Assembly (NCBI GenBank): GCA_013239625.1
Contig: MU054096.1
Coordinates: 141,085-205,084, forward strand
Source of the DNA: Lama guanicoe
Lineage: Eukaryota
DNA length: 64,000 bases
Direction: 5' to 3'
Below the pieces are notes generated by a model. It was given only the letters and a program-made list of their open reading frames with translations, did not search any database and was not told the origin of the DNA. A program made the translations under genes and the position numbers. This document shows, piece by piece, positions 52,671-64,000 of this stretch; the first letter of the stretch is position 1; every line of letters starts with the position of its first letter.

Positions 52671-55299
52671 AAATAACTGCATTACTACAAAGAAAAAGAA
52701 CAAGAACTTTGGAAAATTAAACATAAGATTTTCAATCTCCAAAAGGGTTAAGGCTTAGAAGATAAAGTATCTCAAACAAAAAGAAGAATCAGAAACTATT
52801 AAAAGTAAGAGAGAGAAACAATCAACAAATTTTGAAGATTCAGCTTCCAACTAATACGAGTGCCAAAAAGGGTAAACAGGAAATGGATTGAAGGAAATGA
52901 TAAACTAAGATAAACTATGAGAATTTGCTAGAATGGAAAAGAGATACGAACCTTTAGAATGAACGGGCCCTGGGTGACAAGGGCAGTATTTTAGGTAGTA
53001 ACTCTAATAAAATTTCCCGGAACTGAGGGTTTAGAAACAAATGTTATGGAAGGAAACGGAGGAAGAGAGACACATAAATTGAAACAAGACTTCTCAATGG
53101 TCACCCTGAAGGAGGAAGTCAATGGACTGTTTCAAGATGGAGACACGAATTTTTCTGGTACAGCTTCTCTTATTTCCAGGAGCATTTACAATTGGTTTTG
53201 TTTTGCATTCCCTGCCTGTTATAGAGTGAACTGTACCCCGCTCAAAATTCATTATATTGAAGCCCTAACTAAAAAAAAAATTGTAATTAGGAATATTAGG
53301 ATTACTTGAATACTACCTCATTCAGAATCAGGATTAATGATTGGACTATCAGAAAATATCACTAAATCCCTGTTGCTCAAAAGAGAGTCTTCCAAACTTT
53401 AAAGTCAATGTGACTTACTTTTAATGGGAACAAAAAGAACCTGCCTAAAAATGATGAGATTATTGACCAGACACCAAAAGCAAATACATTGAAGTACAAA
53501 ACACTAAAGATTCCACTGTCGCCATGAGTCCTAAGTCTCCACTATCTCTAGGATAATCCATCAATTTGTATGCCGTAGCTAGTGTAATAAAGAAATAAAA
53601 CAAAAACGAAATTATCTTTATTTGCAGACGGTATCATTATATACCTAGAATATGACAAGTTCAACCAATTAGCACAAATAAGATTCATCTGCTGGCAGCC
53701 AGTCACACGATAAAACACCAACAGCTTTTCCCTAAATTACCAGTAACAAACTACAGATAGGTTTAGAAAAAATCCCTATACAAGAAAAAAATGATAAACT
53801 ACATGGGAATAAATTTAATCTAAAAAAATCTACAAAATTTTATTGAAGGGCACCAAATAATCTAAAGGCGCTCTATTCTGGGTGGATAGACTTTAAATAA
53901 ACACACCAAATAATAATAAAGCTTTCCATATTGACACAGAAATTATAAGCTTTCCTCCAAACATCCCCATTTTCTCAAATTGAATTTGTAGGCATAGTGG
54001 GGGAAAAAAAAACCCTAACATTTTCCAGCTCACAGTTAGAAAATCATACCATTACAGGCACCGATTTTTTTTTTAATGTTAAATTCAGGCAGAAGAATTA
54101 CTAAGCTTAGAATCTGCCAAAGGCGGGGGTGGGGGGAATCTAGAAATGTAAGTTAGGTGGAGAACTGTACAGGAATTAAAATGATTAAGAAGGCACGTGT
54201 AGCTCCATTTGCAGATGTGAAGTCAGTTTTTCAATAGAGGAACAGAACCCAGGGCATAGCTGCTAATGACGCAGACGGGGCTGCTGCTGACATTAAGCAA
54301 AATACTTATTAAAGGTTTTAATGGGAACAGAAAAAGGAGGGTGCGCTATTTTCTTAATAAAAAAGGAAACATGATTTAAATTCTTTCCTGTAAATTTTTT
54401 ATTGTCCTCCTCTTTTTCTAAGCTCTTTTGAAACAGAAGTGTGGGAGCGCCCCTCTGCTTCTCACACACACTGTGGTTATTACCAGCTTTTATGTTGTCA
54501 GAAGCCTCTGCAAGTATCAGAAATTACTAATTATAACTTCCTATGTGCTTCATATGCATTCCTTCATTGACGACCCTGAACAATTCTAGGAGAAGGCATG
54601 CTATCCTAAATGTATAAAAGAAGAAATTTAGGCTCTAAATTTAAGTAATTGTCCCAAGGTCTCACAGCTTGTAGTACTTGGAGAAGCCAGAATTTAAAAT
54701 CATGTCAGCCTGCCTCCAGGAACCACGCACTGATTTTCAGCACCACTTACAAGCAACATCTTTAATCCTCACGGTACGACTTTGTAAGGTGCCCCAGCTG
54801 CTCATTCCCTAGCGCAGAGCCACCTGACTTCACACCTCTTTCCACGAGGCCACACGCCTACCCCTAACTTACAATGCTTGTAATTTTATTTGCTTATGTG
54901 CCTTATTTAGGGAATTGTAAGTAACATATACGTTATTCAGTCACAGAAGCATTCACCTAATTATTTTTAGATGTTTTAAATCTATTAGAAGTTCAGTAAC
55001 AGCAGGTAACCACTACCATAAAAAGCAAAACCTTTAACACAATAAATTAGCATCCATATTATAATAAATACATGGAGATATTAATTTGGTTTCCACAGAT
55101 AAATTTGAAGCCAATAGCCAAGAAAGAAAAGCTCCTGTAAAACAAATGGAAACTTGTGTAATTTTAAAACACACATTTCAGAGAGCAGCACCACCAGTCC
55201 ACACCTTTCACTGTTGCAACGTACCACTGCTGAGTCCACACTGCTCAGAGCAGCTAGGTTTCCCCCACCTAGTACTGGTCTTCATCACTGTATTATACC

Positions 55300-55317
55300 A
55301 TCGCCATCTGGTGGCCA
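55300..55317 (-). promoter_or_regulatory. Candidate CTCF binding site, copy 1
   Basis: Minus strand reads TGGCCACCAGATGGCGAT, a close match to the CTCF core consensus. Confidence 0.7.
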
Positions 55318-55619
55318 CCATTAGACACGTGGAAATTTTCCTCTCGTGCGGTGCTTATGGTGAAGAGAATGACCCTAAATGCCCTTTCAGGCAAAGAAAT
55401 ACAGGGTTTGAAAAAAATTCCCTAGCAGCTGTTTTTTAAAAACCTGGACATTTGATTTCATTCAGGAAAACTTAAATAGAAAAAAAGATTTTAAAAACTA
55501 CTGGATAATTATTCTATATTAGGATATTCACTGTATGATAGCACTGTATTTTTCATGTGGGCATTTTACGTGTACCACTGAATAACCAATGTGCTTCAGT
55601 GAAGCAGAATTACAGTCAC

Positions 55620-56245
55620 TTTTTTTTTTAACTGAAGTATAGTCAGTTACAGTGTGTCAATTTCTGGTGTACAGAACCATGTCCAGTCATACATATATAT
55701 ACATGTACTCACTTTCATATTTTTTATTAGAGGTTATTATAAGATATTGAATAGAGTTCCCTGTGCTACACAGAAGAAAAGGTTTTAATCTATTTTTATA
55801 TACAGTGGTTAACATTTACAGATCTCAAACTTCCAAATTTATCCCTTCCCATTCCCTTTCCCCCAGTTACCATAAAATTATTTACTATGCCTGTGAGTCT
55901 GTTTCTGGGTTTTTTGGGGTTTTTTTATTCCATGTATGAGTGCTATCATATGGTATTTTTCTTTCTTTTCTCTTTCTGGCTTACTTCACTTAGAATGACA
56001 ATCTCCACATCCATCCATGTTGCTGCAAATTGCATTATTTTATTCTTTTTTATGGCTGAGTAGTATTCCATTGTATAAACATACCACAGCTTCTTTATCC
56101 AGTCATCTATCGATGGACATTTAAGTTGTTCCATGTCTTGACTATTGTAAACAGTGCTGCTATGAACATTGGGGTTCATGTATCTTTTCCAATTAGCATA
56201 TATTGTTTGTGGACCTTTCAATGATGGCCATTTTGAGTGGTGTGA
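55620..56245 (-). mobile_element. Young L1 3' fragment in duplication copy 1, cut by the junction
   Basis: ORF 55946-56221 (WIKKLWYVYTMEYYSAIKKNKIMQFAATWMD); its upstream TSD copy is missing. Confidence 0.9.
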
Positions 56246-57611
56246 ATATTGACACAGAAATTATAAGCTTTCCTCCAAACATTTTCTCAAATTGAATTTG
56301 TAGGCATAGTGGGGGAAAAAAAAACCCTAACATTTTCCAGCTCACAGTTAGAAAATCATACCATTACAGGCACCGATTTTTTTTTTAATGTTAAATTCAG
56401 GCAGAAGCATTACTAAGCTTAGAATCTGCCAAAGGCGGGGGTGGGGGGAATCTAGAAATGTAAGTTAGGTGGAGAACTGTACAGGAATTAAAATGATTAA
56501 GAAGGCACGTGTAGCTCCATTTGCAGATGTGAAGTCAGTTTTTCAATAGAGGAACAGAACCCAGGGCATAGCTGCTAATGACGCAGACGGGGCTGCTGCT
56601 GACATTAAGCAAAATACTTATTAAAGGTTTTAATGGGAACAGAAAAAGGAGGGTGCGCTATTTTCTTAATAAAAAAGGAAACATGATTTAAATTCTTTCC
56701 TGTAAATTTTTTATTGTCCTCCTCTTTTTCTAAGCTCTTTTGAAACAGAAGTGTGGGAGCGCCCCTCTGCTTCTCACACACACTGTGGTTATTACCAGCT
56801 TTTATGTTGTCAGAAGCCTCTGCAAGTATCAGAAATTACTAATTATAACTTCCTATGTGCTTCATATGCATTCCTTCATTGACGACCCTGAACAATTCTA
56901 GGAGAAGGCATGCTATCCTAAATGTATAAAAGAAGAAATTTAGGCTCTAAATTTAAGTAATTGTCCCAAGGTCTCACAGCTTGTAGTACTTGGAGAAGCC
57001 AGAATTTAAAATCATGTCAGCCTGCCTCCAGGAACCACGCACTGATTTTCAGCACCACTTACAAGCAACATCTTTTATCCTCACGGTACGACTTTGTAAG
57101 GTGCCCCAGCTGCTCATTCCCTAGCGCAGAGCCACCTGACTTCACACCTCTTTCCACGAGGCCACACGCCTACCCCTAACTTACAATGCTTGTAATTTTA
57201 TTTGCTTATGTGCCTTATTTAGGGAATTGTAAGTAACATATACGTTATTCAGTCACAGAAGCATTCACCTAATTATTTTTAGATGTTTTAAATCTATTAG
57301 AAGTTCAGTAACAGCAGGTAACCACTACCATAAAAAGCAAAACCTTTAACACAATAAATTAGCATCCATATTATAATAAATACATGGAGATATTAATTTG
57401 GTTTCCACAGATAAATTTGAAGCCAATAGCCAAGAAAGAAAAGCTCCTGTAAAACAAATGGAAACTTGTGTAATTTTAAAACACACATTTCAGAGAGCAG
57501 CACCACCAGTCCACACCTTTCACTGTTGCAACGTACCACTGCTGAGTCCACACTGCTCAGAGCAGCTAGGTTTCCCCCACCTAGTACTGGTCTTCATCAC
57601 TGTATTATACC

Positions 57612-57629
57612 ATCGCCATCTGGTGGCCA
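57612..57629 (-). promoter_or_regulatory. Candidate CTCF binding site, copy 2
   Basis: Identical motif in the second duplication unit. Confidence 0.7.
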
Positions 57630-57931
57630 CCATTAGACACGTGGAAATTTTCCTCTCGTGCGGTGCTTATGGTGAAGAGAATGACCCTAAATGCCCTTTC
57701 AGGCAAAGAAATACAGGGTTTGAAAAAAATTCCCTAGCAGCTGTTTTTTAAAAACCTGGACATTTGATTTCATTCAGGAAAACTTAAATAGAAAAAAAGA
57801 TTTTAAAAACTACTGGATAATTATTCTATATTAGGATATTCACTGTATGATAGCACTGTATTTTTCATGTGGGCATTTTACGTGTACCACTGAATAACCA
57901 ATGTGCTTCAGTGAAGCAGAATTACAGTCAC

Positions 57932-58569
57932 TTTTTTTTTTAACTGAAGTATAGTCAGTTACAGTGTGTCAATTTCTGGTGTACAGAACCATGTCCAGTC
58001 ATACATATATATACATGTACTCACTTTCATATTTTTTATTAGAGGTTATTATAAGATATTGAATAGAGTTCCCTGTGCTACACAGAAGAAAAGGTTTTAA
58101 TCTATTTTTATATACAGTGGTTAACATTTACAGATCTCAAACTTCCAAATTTATCCCTTCCCATTCCCTTTCCCCCAGTTACCATAAAATTATTTACTAT
58201 GCCTGTGAGTCTGTTTCTGGGTTTTTTGGGGTTTTTTTATTCCATGTATGAGTGCTATCATATGGTATTTTTCTTTCTTTTCTCTTTCTGGCTTACTTCA
58301 CTTAGAATGACAATCTCCACATCCATCCATGTTGCTGCAAATTGCATTATTTTATTCTTTTTTATGGCTGAGTAGTATTCCATTGTATAAACATACCACA
58401 GCTTCTTTATCCAGTCATCTATCGATGGACATTTAAGTTGTTCCATGTCTTGACTATTGTAAACAGTGCTGCTATGAACATTGGGGTTCATGTATCTTTT
58501 CCAATTAGCATATATTGTTTGTGGACCTTTCAATGATGGCCATTTTGAGTGGTGTGAGGTGATACCTCA
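57932..58569 (-). mobile_element. Young L1 3' fragment in duplication copy 2, with both TSD copies
   Basis: Same sequence as the copy-1 L1; flanked by tta(c/t)agtcac at ~57922 and ~58570. Confidence 0.9.
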
Positions 58570-59229
58570 TTATAGTCACATTTTTAATGTTTCAAATACT
58601 CTCAGCATTCTGGAATTTTGTTTTTAAACATATTTGGAGGTATATCTATAATTTCATGAGAATTTAACAGTTGAAGAATCTAATTCACAGATAAAATATA
58701 GTTAACATAGGGTAAAAATTGTTTCATCAAAAACTTGCCATAAACAAACACATTGTGACAAAAAGTGGCCAGTGTACTTGGCAAAGTGTATCTCTATTTT
58801 TCTTAATAATACTCCACATCTAAATGCTAGGAACAAAGGATATGTAGTTCAATTTACATTTGCATTGAGAAAACACTAATGTAGTTACAGTGGCCCTAAA
58901 CGTTAATTAGCTTTCATCCTTGTAGGTCTCATCTCGGGCTACCGTCAGGGAGGAAAATTAATCTAAGAAGTTAAAAAAGTAATCTGATTGGCAAAAATTA
59001 AAACACACCTGAAACTGGCTTAAATATGCAATTACTAAAGTCAAAATATGGCTTAATATAGTGAATTCAGATATACTTAAACTCAAGCTTTCAGTAGAAG
59101 TGAACGCCTCTCTCACTTCCTCTAAGACATGCAGAACCAGCAAAGGGTAATTTCTCTAACTCCTAAAACTTGAGCCTTCTCTGTGTGAACTTTGTGACCT
59201 CCTTGCTCTCTGATCTGTGAGTCTACGGA

Positions 59230-59465
59230 CAGGGCTTCTCAGCTTCAGCACTGCGGGTCTTTTGGGCCAGATGCCTCCCTGCTGTGGGGAGGCCTTGTGC
59301 ACTGCAGGATCTTCAGTGCAGACCTGGCCTCTACCTACCACGCGCCAGAAGCACGCGTATCCCCCTCTCCCCAGATGTGACGAACAAAACGTGCCCAGGA
59401 TTGCCAAATGCCCCTTAGAAAGCAAAAACACGCCCCAACACACACACACACGGTGAAAACCACTG
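59230..59465 (+). mobile_element. MER20 hAT-Charlie element
   Basis: cagggcttctcagcttcagcact...attgccaaatgcccc...tgaaaaccactg with terminal inverted repeats. Confidence 0.8.
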
Positions 59466-60874
59466 CTTTAGAAATAACTGGGAGCTGCTACTCACTTCCA
59501 GTACCTTAAGATGCTGTGAAGAAACAAAAAAGAGAAATCAACCAGATTCTTCCTTGCAACTCACTGTGAATGCAAACATAACCTAAAGCCTCCATCCTTT
59601 TATAAAAACTGCATTTAGCAATGAACTCTACCTGAAGAAACGCATCTTAAACTTATATTTCAAGTTTTTCCAAAAGTGACCTAATCTCAGTATACAGACA
59701 TATCGATGATGTTACTTGGATAATTTGACTCTAAAAAAATATTCCCACTGTAGTTTCAGTACAGCACTTTCAGATAAAGGCAGGATGGAAATGCTTTTTT
59801 TATATGCATGCTTTTTAAACCTTATGAAACAAATCCTCAGGTCTCTGAAATGCAGAGCACCTCGACACTGACTCATCCAGACCAAGTGAATACACTGGAA
59901 AGTCACTGCAACTTATCCCCATGTGCATTTCACTGCCATGCATTTATCTGGTTGGGATCCAGACTGGAGACTCAGTCAGCTTGACAGCAGAAAAGAAAAG
60001 AAAAAGGAGGCTGTGGTAATTTATGTAGATACAGATACGAGAAGTCAGTCACTTCAAGTGGTCCTGATAAAGAAGCCAAAGATGAGAAAGATGAAGATTA
60101 GCTGTTTTCTGTTCTCTTTCCTCTTTCTGAAGCTTTTGTTCAGCTTTTTCTTGGATCCCAGCAAAAACTCTACATACTTAGAATTTTCTCTCTTTAATGA
60201 CAAGTTTAAATATACTTCTGACACCAGGCAACCAAAAGAACCCTGCCTGGAACACTCGCACAATTCCTCCTTTTTGTTTTTACTTACTAAGATAAAAGCT
60301 GTCAGTTATGAAATGTAAGTAATTTATGAATTTCGGATTAAAAGACTGCCAAATTTAATTGTTATGCAGGCACACTGGCAGGTCTTCACCAGTTACAACA
60401 AATGGTGTTGCCATCGGCTCTTGGATACTAGTTCTTTTTAAAGAGTCAAGATAACATTTACCTTTCAAGAAGAACAACAAGGACACAAATGAACTAATTA
60501 TTATTTTGATTTCTTGAATGTGTGTGAGCACATGTGTCTGTCCTTTATGATTGGGTTACCGCATTCTGTTAACTCCTATTTTGTCGTTGGCTTTATTCCT
60601 TTGATAACTATTTAAGTTTAAAAAGATCTAATCTGTTCTTAGAAACAATAACTAGTACATATATGAAAGCTAAAAAAATGTACAGTATACTGTATATGTG
60701 TATTTACATGCAATATAATGTGTATGTGCAGTCGAACTGTAATAATTCTACCTAATAAAACTGAAAAAGGAAAAAAAATTTACCTTTCAAATTACACAAA
60801 TGTGAATGAAAATTAACTCACTACGTAATGATCATCATGCACAACAGAATATAATCTAACTTTAAGCATTCTGC

Positions 60875-60914
60875 AATTCAGTTCAATTCAATTCATTCAT
60901 TCAATTCAATTCAA
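60875..60914. repeat. (AATTC)n microsatellite
   Basis: Direct reading. Confidence 0.85.
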
Positions 60915-61554
60915 ACACTATAATCAGACATTTTATTTCATAGTCTCCCAGTATTTTCCATATTTGTTCTCTGACAAGAGAAACATTTTATGTGAATAAA
61001 AATAAAGCTTCCTTCCAATAGTAACTTATTCTAAGCTTACAGAAGGCAGAGGAGTAAAGAAAAACAACCTGGCGGTTGTCAAGGTAACACGAGAAATCAG
61101 AGATTTGAGTTCGGGTTTCTCTCTTCTCCTTCCCATATTACTAACATGACAGTAGTTTTTAAAAGAATAACCTGACAAGGATAAAGACAAGAGAAGAAAC
61201 CACAGCAAATGAGAGATTTCATAAACTCTCTGGAGGATGGAAAGTGGGTGGAGGAATGGTTATCTCATTCAGAAAATGAACAGCAACCTTAAAATCAGTG
61301 TCTGTGGAAGAAATTAAGAAGGACGCAGAAGCAAAATCATGTTTAATTAATGCAACACTGCATAAAATTTTATTAAGTGATTAATTTACAAATACTTGAG
61401 AAATAGCTTCTAGTTAATGACCCAACCCAGGAAATTCCCTCCATAAATCCACAAATTTTATTAGCATAAAATATACTGAAAACTGAATATATATATATAT
61501 ATTTCTTGCCACTTGTCAACCAGTTAATTTTGGCTGAAGATAAAACATCAGTAA

Positions 61555-61745
61555 GTGTAGGTTCTAAAACCAGATGGCCTGAATTCAAATCCTGGCTCTT
61601 CTCACTTGACAGGCAAGCTACTTAACCTCACTGGATCTCGGTGTCCTCATTTGTTGAATGTGGAATAAAAATTAAACAAGATAATGGATATAATGTGCTT
61701 AGAGAAGTTCTTGGCACAAACAAAGCTCTCAATTAAATATTAAGT
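61555..61745 (+). mobile_element. MIR SINE; further MIR fragments near 10570, 16550, 31060, 49570, 54590 and 56900
   Basis: MIR core cctgaattcaaatcctggctc...ggcaagctacttaacctc...ctcggtgtcctcatttg. Confidence 0.75.
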
Positions 61746-62820
61746 ATTAGGACCATCCTACACATGATCATTTTTACTGGTCATACTATGTCACTTTTAT
61801 ATTTTACATTTAAGGAAAATTGAATTTATTTAGTTCACATTCACAACCACTTCCCAACTCATTTCAAGCTCCATGAAGATACAATGCTCGTTATGCAGAA
61901 ATGTATTAACTCTATGTATGCAATAGATTCTTACTGATAAAAACAAAACACAATGATCTATGCTAGACAGGTCTGAAGCAAGTCACATTTAGCTTTTGTT
62001 TCAATTTGAAAGCACTGATATTTAGAAAGGTGAGAAAAAGTCCATCCTAGCACAGGTAAGACAAATACTTCCACTTGCTTTTCCAGTTGTGATCACGGTT
62101 TCATACTCATTTAAGCCACCTCCTCATGATTCTAGGAGACAGATGAGTAAACAATCCAGAATTCAGCCGTGACCCCGCATTCAAACCCGGCTGTAAGGCA
62201 AGGGAGCACCAACCTTTGTAACAAAGGCTTCTTCGAAGCAAATGGTTTTCCATTCATTTCATACAAATTTGCATCTAATTGAAAATGCAGTACATGCTAT
62301 TCTGAGCAGCCAAGTTGGCCTTGCATTGTCAACTAATTCTTCAGTTAAATAAAAGATTTTAAGTGTGTTTTTTTCACTACCTGAATCATCTGGATAGCTA
62401 TACACTTCAGAGACTGTTACATCAATCCGTCCCCTACAAGACACGTTTCCTTTATTCACTTAATCATCTAACGCTTCTAACACATCTGATCATCTAACAG
62501 ATACTTACCAGGGGCCTACTATGTGCCGGGCACCATGCTAGGAACAGGGATTCAACATGCCAGAACCCAGAGATGAGAAAAGGGCTAACACATTCAAATA
62601 ACTAAAATACGTTCACTGTGGTTGAAATGCAGAACATGAAGGAAGAGCAGTAAAGACAGAGAAGGAGATGGAGAAGACAAAATGGTCCAGGCCTGTCAGG
62701 ACCTAGGCAGCTTTCAGACTCATTCTGAGAGAGGTGGGCTTTTACACAGGGGAGTGCCAGGCAGTGGTACCAAGGCACCTCTAGTAAGGGACGCTGGAGA
62801 GAATTCTAGGTGGGAACTGG

Positions 62821-63222
62821 TGGCAAAGGCATTCTCTTTCGGCTGACCTTAATCAGGGTCCTCTAAGCCAGCTCTCTGGCCTTGTAGAACCCACTCTGAA
62901 CAAGAACCCTGGTAAGTCAGTCTGGCGAAAATCCCCCATCCTTGGTACCTTATCACTTGGTCCTGCTTTCACCAATTCTGCTGAGATGGTCTAACAAGAA
63001 CCCCCCTTACCTCTGATGCTTCCTCCTAGCAACTTTCCATCCATCCTCTGCTCCCTACCCCTGCTTCTCGGATGTAAATGGCCACTTGTCCTTGTTAGTC
63101 AGAGTTGAGCCCAATAACTCTCTCTGACTGCAGTAGCCGCTATACCCATCACTAGGGCCTCCCTTTAACAGTCTGCTTTACCATTGTTTAACAAGCGTCA
63201 CTGAAGAATTCTTTTCCTTAAC
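62821..63222 (+). mobile_element. MER31-like solo ERV1 LTR nested in L2 remnants
   Basis: caagaaccctggtaagtcag...cccccttacctctgatgcttcctc...gagttgagcccaat...ttaacaagcgtca; flanks (62500-62820, 63300-63660) are L2-like. Confidence 0.7.
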
Positions 63223-63789
63223 CACTAGGGGCCTACATCATTCCAGGAATATATATATATATATATATGATGGCCAAAAGAGATATGGAGAGAAATGGAC
63301 TTACTCGAGATAATTAGGATTCTGAGACCACTGGATTTGGTGTCTGGGCAAAGGGAGAGAAAAGTCATGGATAATGCTCACATTTTCAAACTTGAGTAAC
63401 CAAACAGAGCGTGGTGCCATACACTAAGATAAGAAATGCAGAAGGAAAGGAAGGTTTCATAAGTTCTAAAACATTTTACGTTTCAGCCAAGTTATCCAAG
63501 TAGAAACAGCAGTGGGTGGGCCTCCCTTCTGACATCTTCTACTGACTCTGTGAAGAAAGTAGCAACATCTCTAGGACTGAGGGGTGAGAGGACAGTCAAG
63601 AGAGCAGAGAATGTTCAACGTGCCCAGAGGAGAGAACAGGAGGATGAGGAAGACATGGAGTACTTTCTGTTCTTTGCAGAATCAGAGAGAACCATGAATG
63701 GAGGTGGGTACCAATCTACAAGGCTGTGTAACGTAGTTTTTCCACTTGTTTTGAACAATCCCAGCACACTTAGATTGATTGAGGCTTAG

Positions 63790-64000
63790 GGATTTACCAA
63801 AATATTTAAAACCAACAGACATAATGGTATTCTCTCTCTCACACAAGACAGAGGCGAGGGGGTGGGAAGGGAGAAATTTGGGAGTTTGAGATTTGCAAAT
63901 GATAACCTCTGTATATAAAGACAGATAAAAAAAAACAAATTTCTTCCGTAGAGCACAGAGAACTATGTTCAATAGCTTGTAATAACCTTTAATGAAAAAG
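63790..64000 (+). mobile_element. Lineage L1 3'UTR fragment running off the window edge
   Basis: gggtgggaagggagaaatttgggagtttgagatttgcaaat...gagcacagagaactatgttcaatagcttgt, homologous to the other L1 3' ends here. Confidence 0.8.

Larger units (their letters stand above)
53928..58557. repeat. Head-to-tail tandem duplication: copy 1 53928-56245 (2318 bp), copy 2 56246-58557 (2312 bp)
   Basis: Direct reading shows near-identity, and identical ORF pairs are offset by 2312. Differences I saw: a 6-bp indel near 53962, A54096/C56408 and A54764/T57076. Confidence 0.98.

Noticed and set aside
55086..57751. Two identical 117-aa ORFs suggesting a duplicated small gene
   Set aside because: Non-ATG start, no recognisable homology or exon structure; identity simply reflects the tandem duplication.
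59850..60320. 131-aa ORF as a possible second retrogene
   Set aside because: No recognisable protein; the minus strand resembles an old MLT1-type LTR terminus (cagggttcttttggttgc), too weak to call.
58600..64000. Search for the MEAD exon 1 and its CpG-island promoter
   Set aside because: No MEADGAGEQ-like coding sequence or CpG island is present; it must lie beyond the window end.

Overview
Mammalian genomic DNA, most likely a camelid: five copies of a tRNA-headed SINE match my recollection of the camelid vic-1 family. The window holds the 5' half of SLC4A7 (NBCn1, the electroneutral Na+/HCO3- cotransporter) on the minus strand. I mapped 14 coding exons by splice sites and reading phase, from the alternative MERF start exon (46832-46864) to the first transmembrane exon (1271-1445), including optional cassettes I, II and IV. 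The distal MEAD exon 1 and all later exons lie outside the window. Introns carry L1, L2, MIR, Tigger1, MER82, Charlie1, MER20, MER5A, MLT1, MER31 and LTR16-like relics and a decayed DNAJC9 retrocopy; repeat family names are from recall, not a database search. No prokaryote-type novel system (CRISPR, defence operon) is present. The most notable observations are: (1) a near-identical 2.3 kb tandem duplication upstream of the MERF exon that doubles a strong CTCF motif; (2) a weak non-canonical GC donor on the calcineurin-binding cassette II exon; (3) a candidate 48-nt poison exon and an in-frame extended donor around cassette IV; (4) a SINE plus internally deleted L1 composite inside one target-site duplication.
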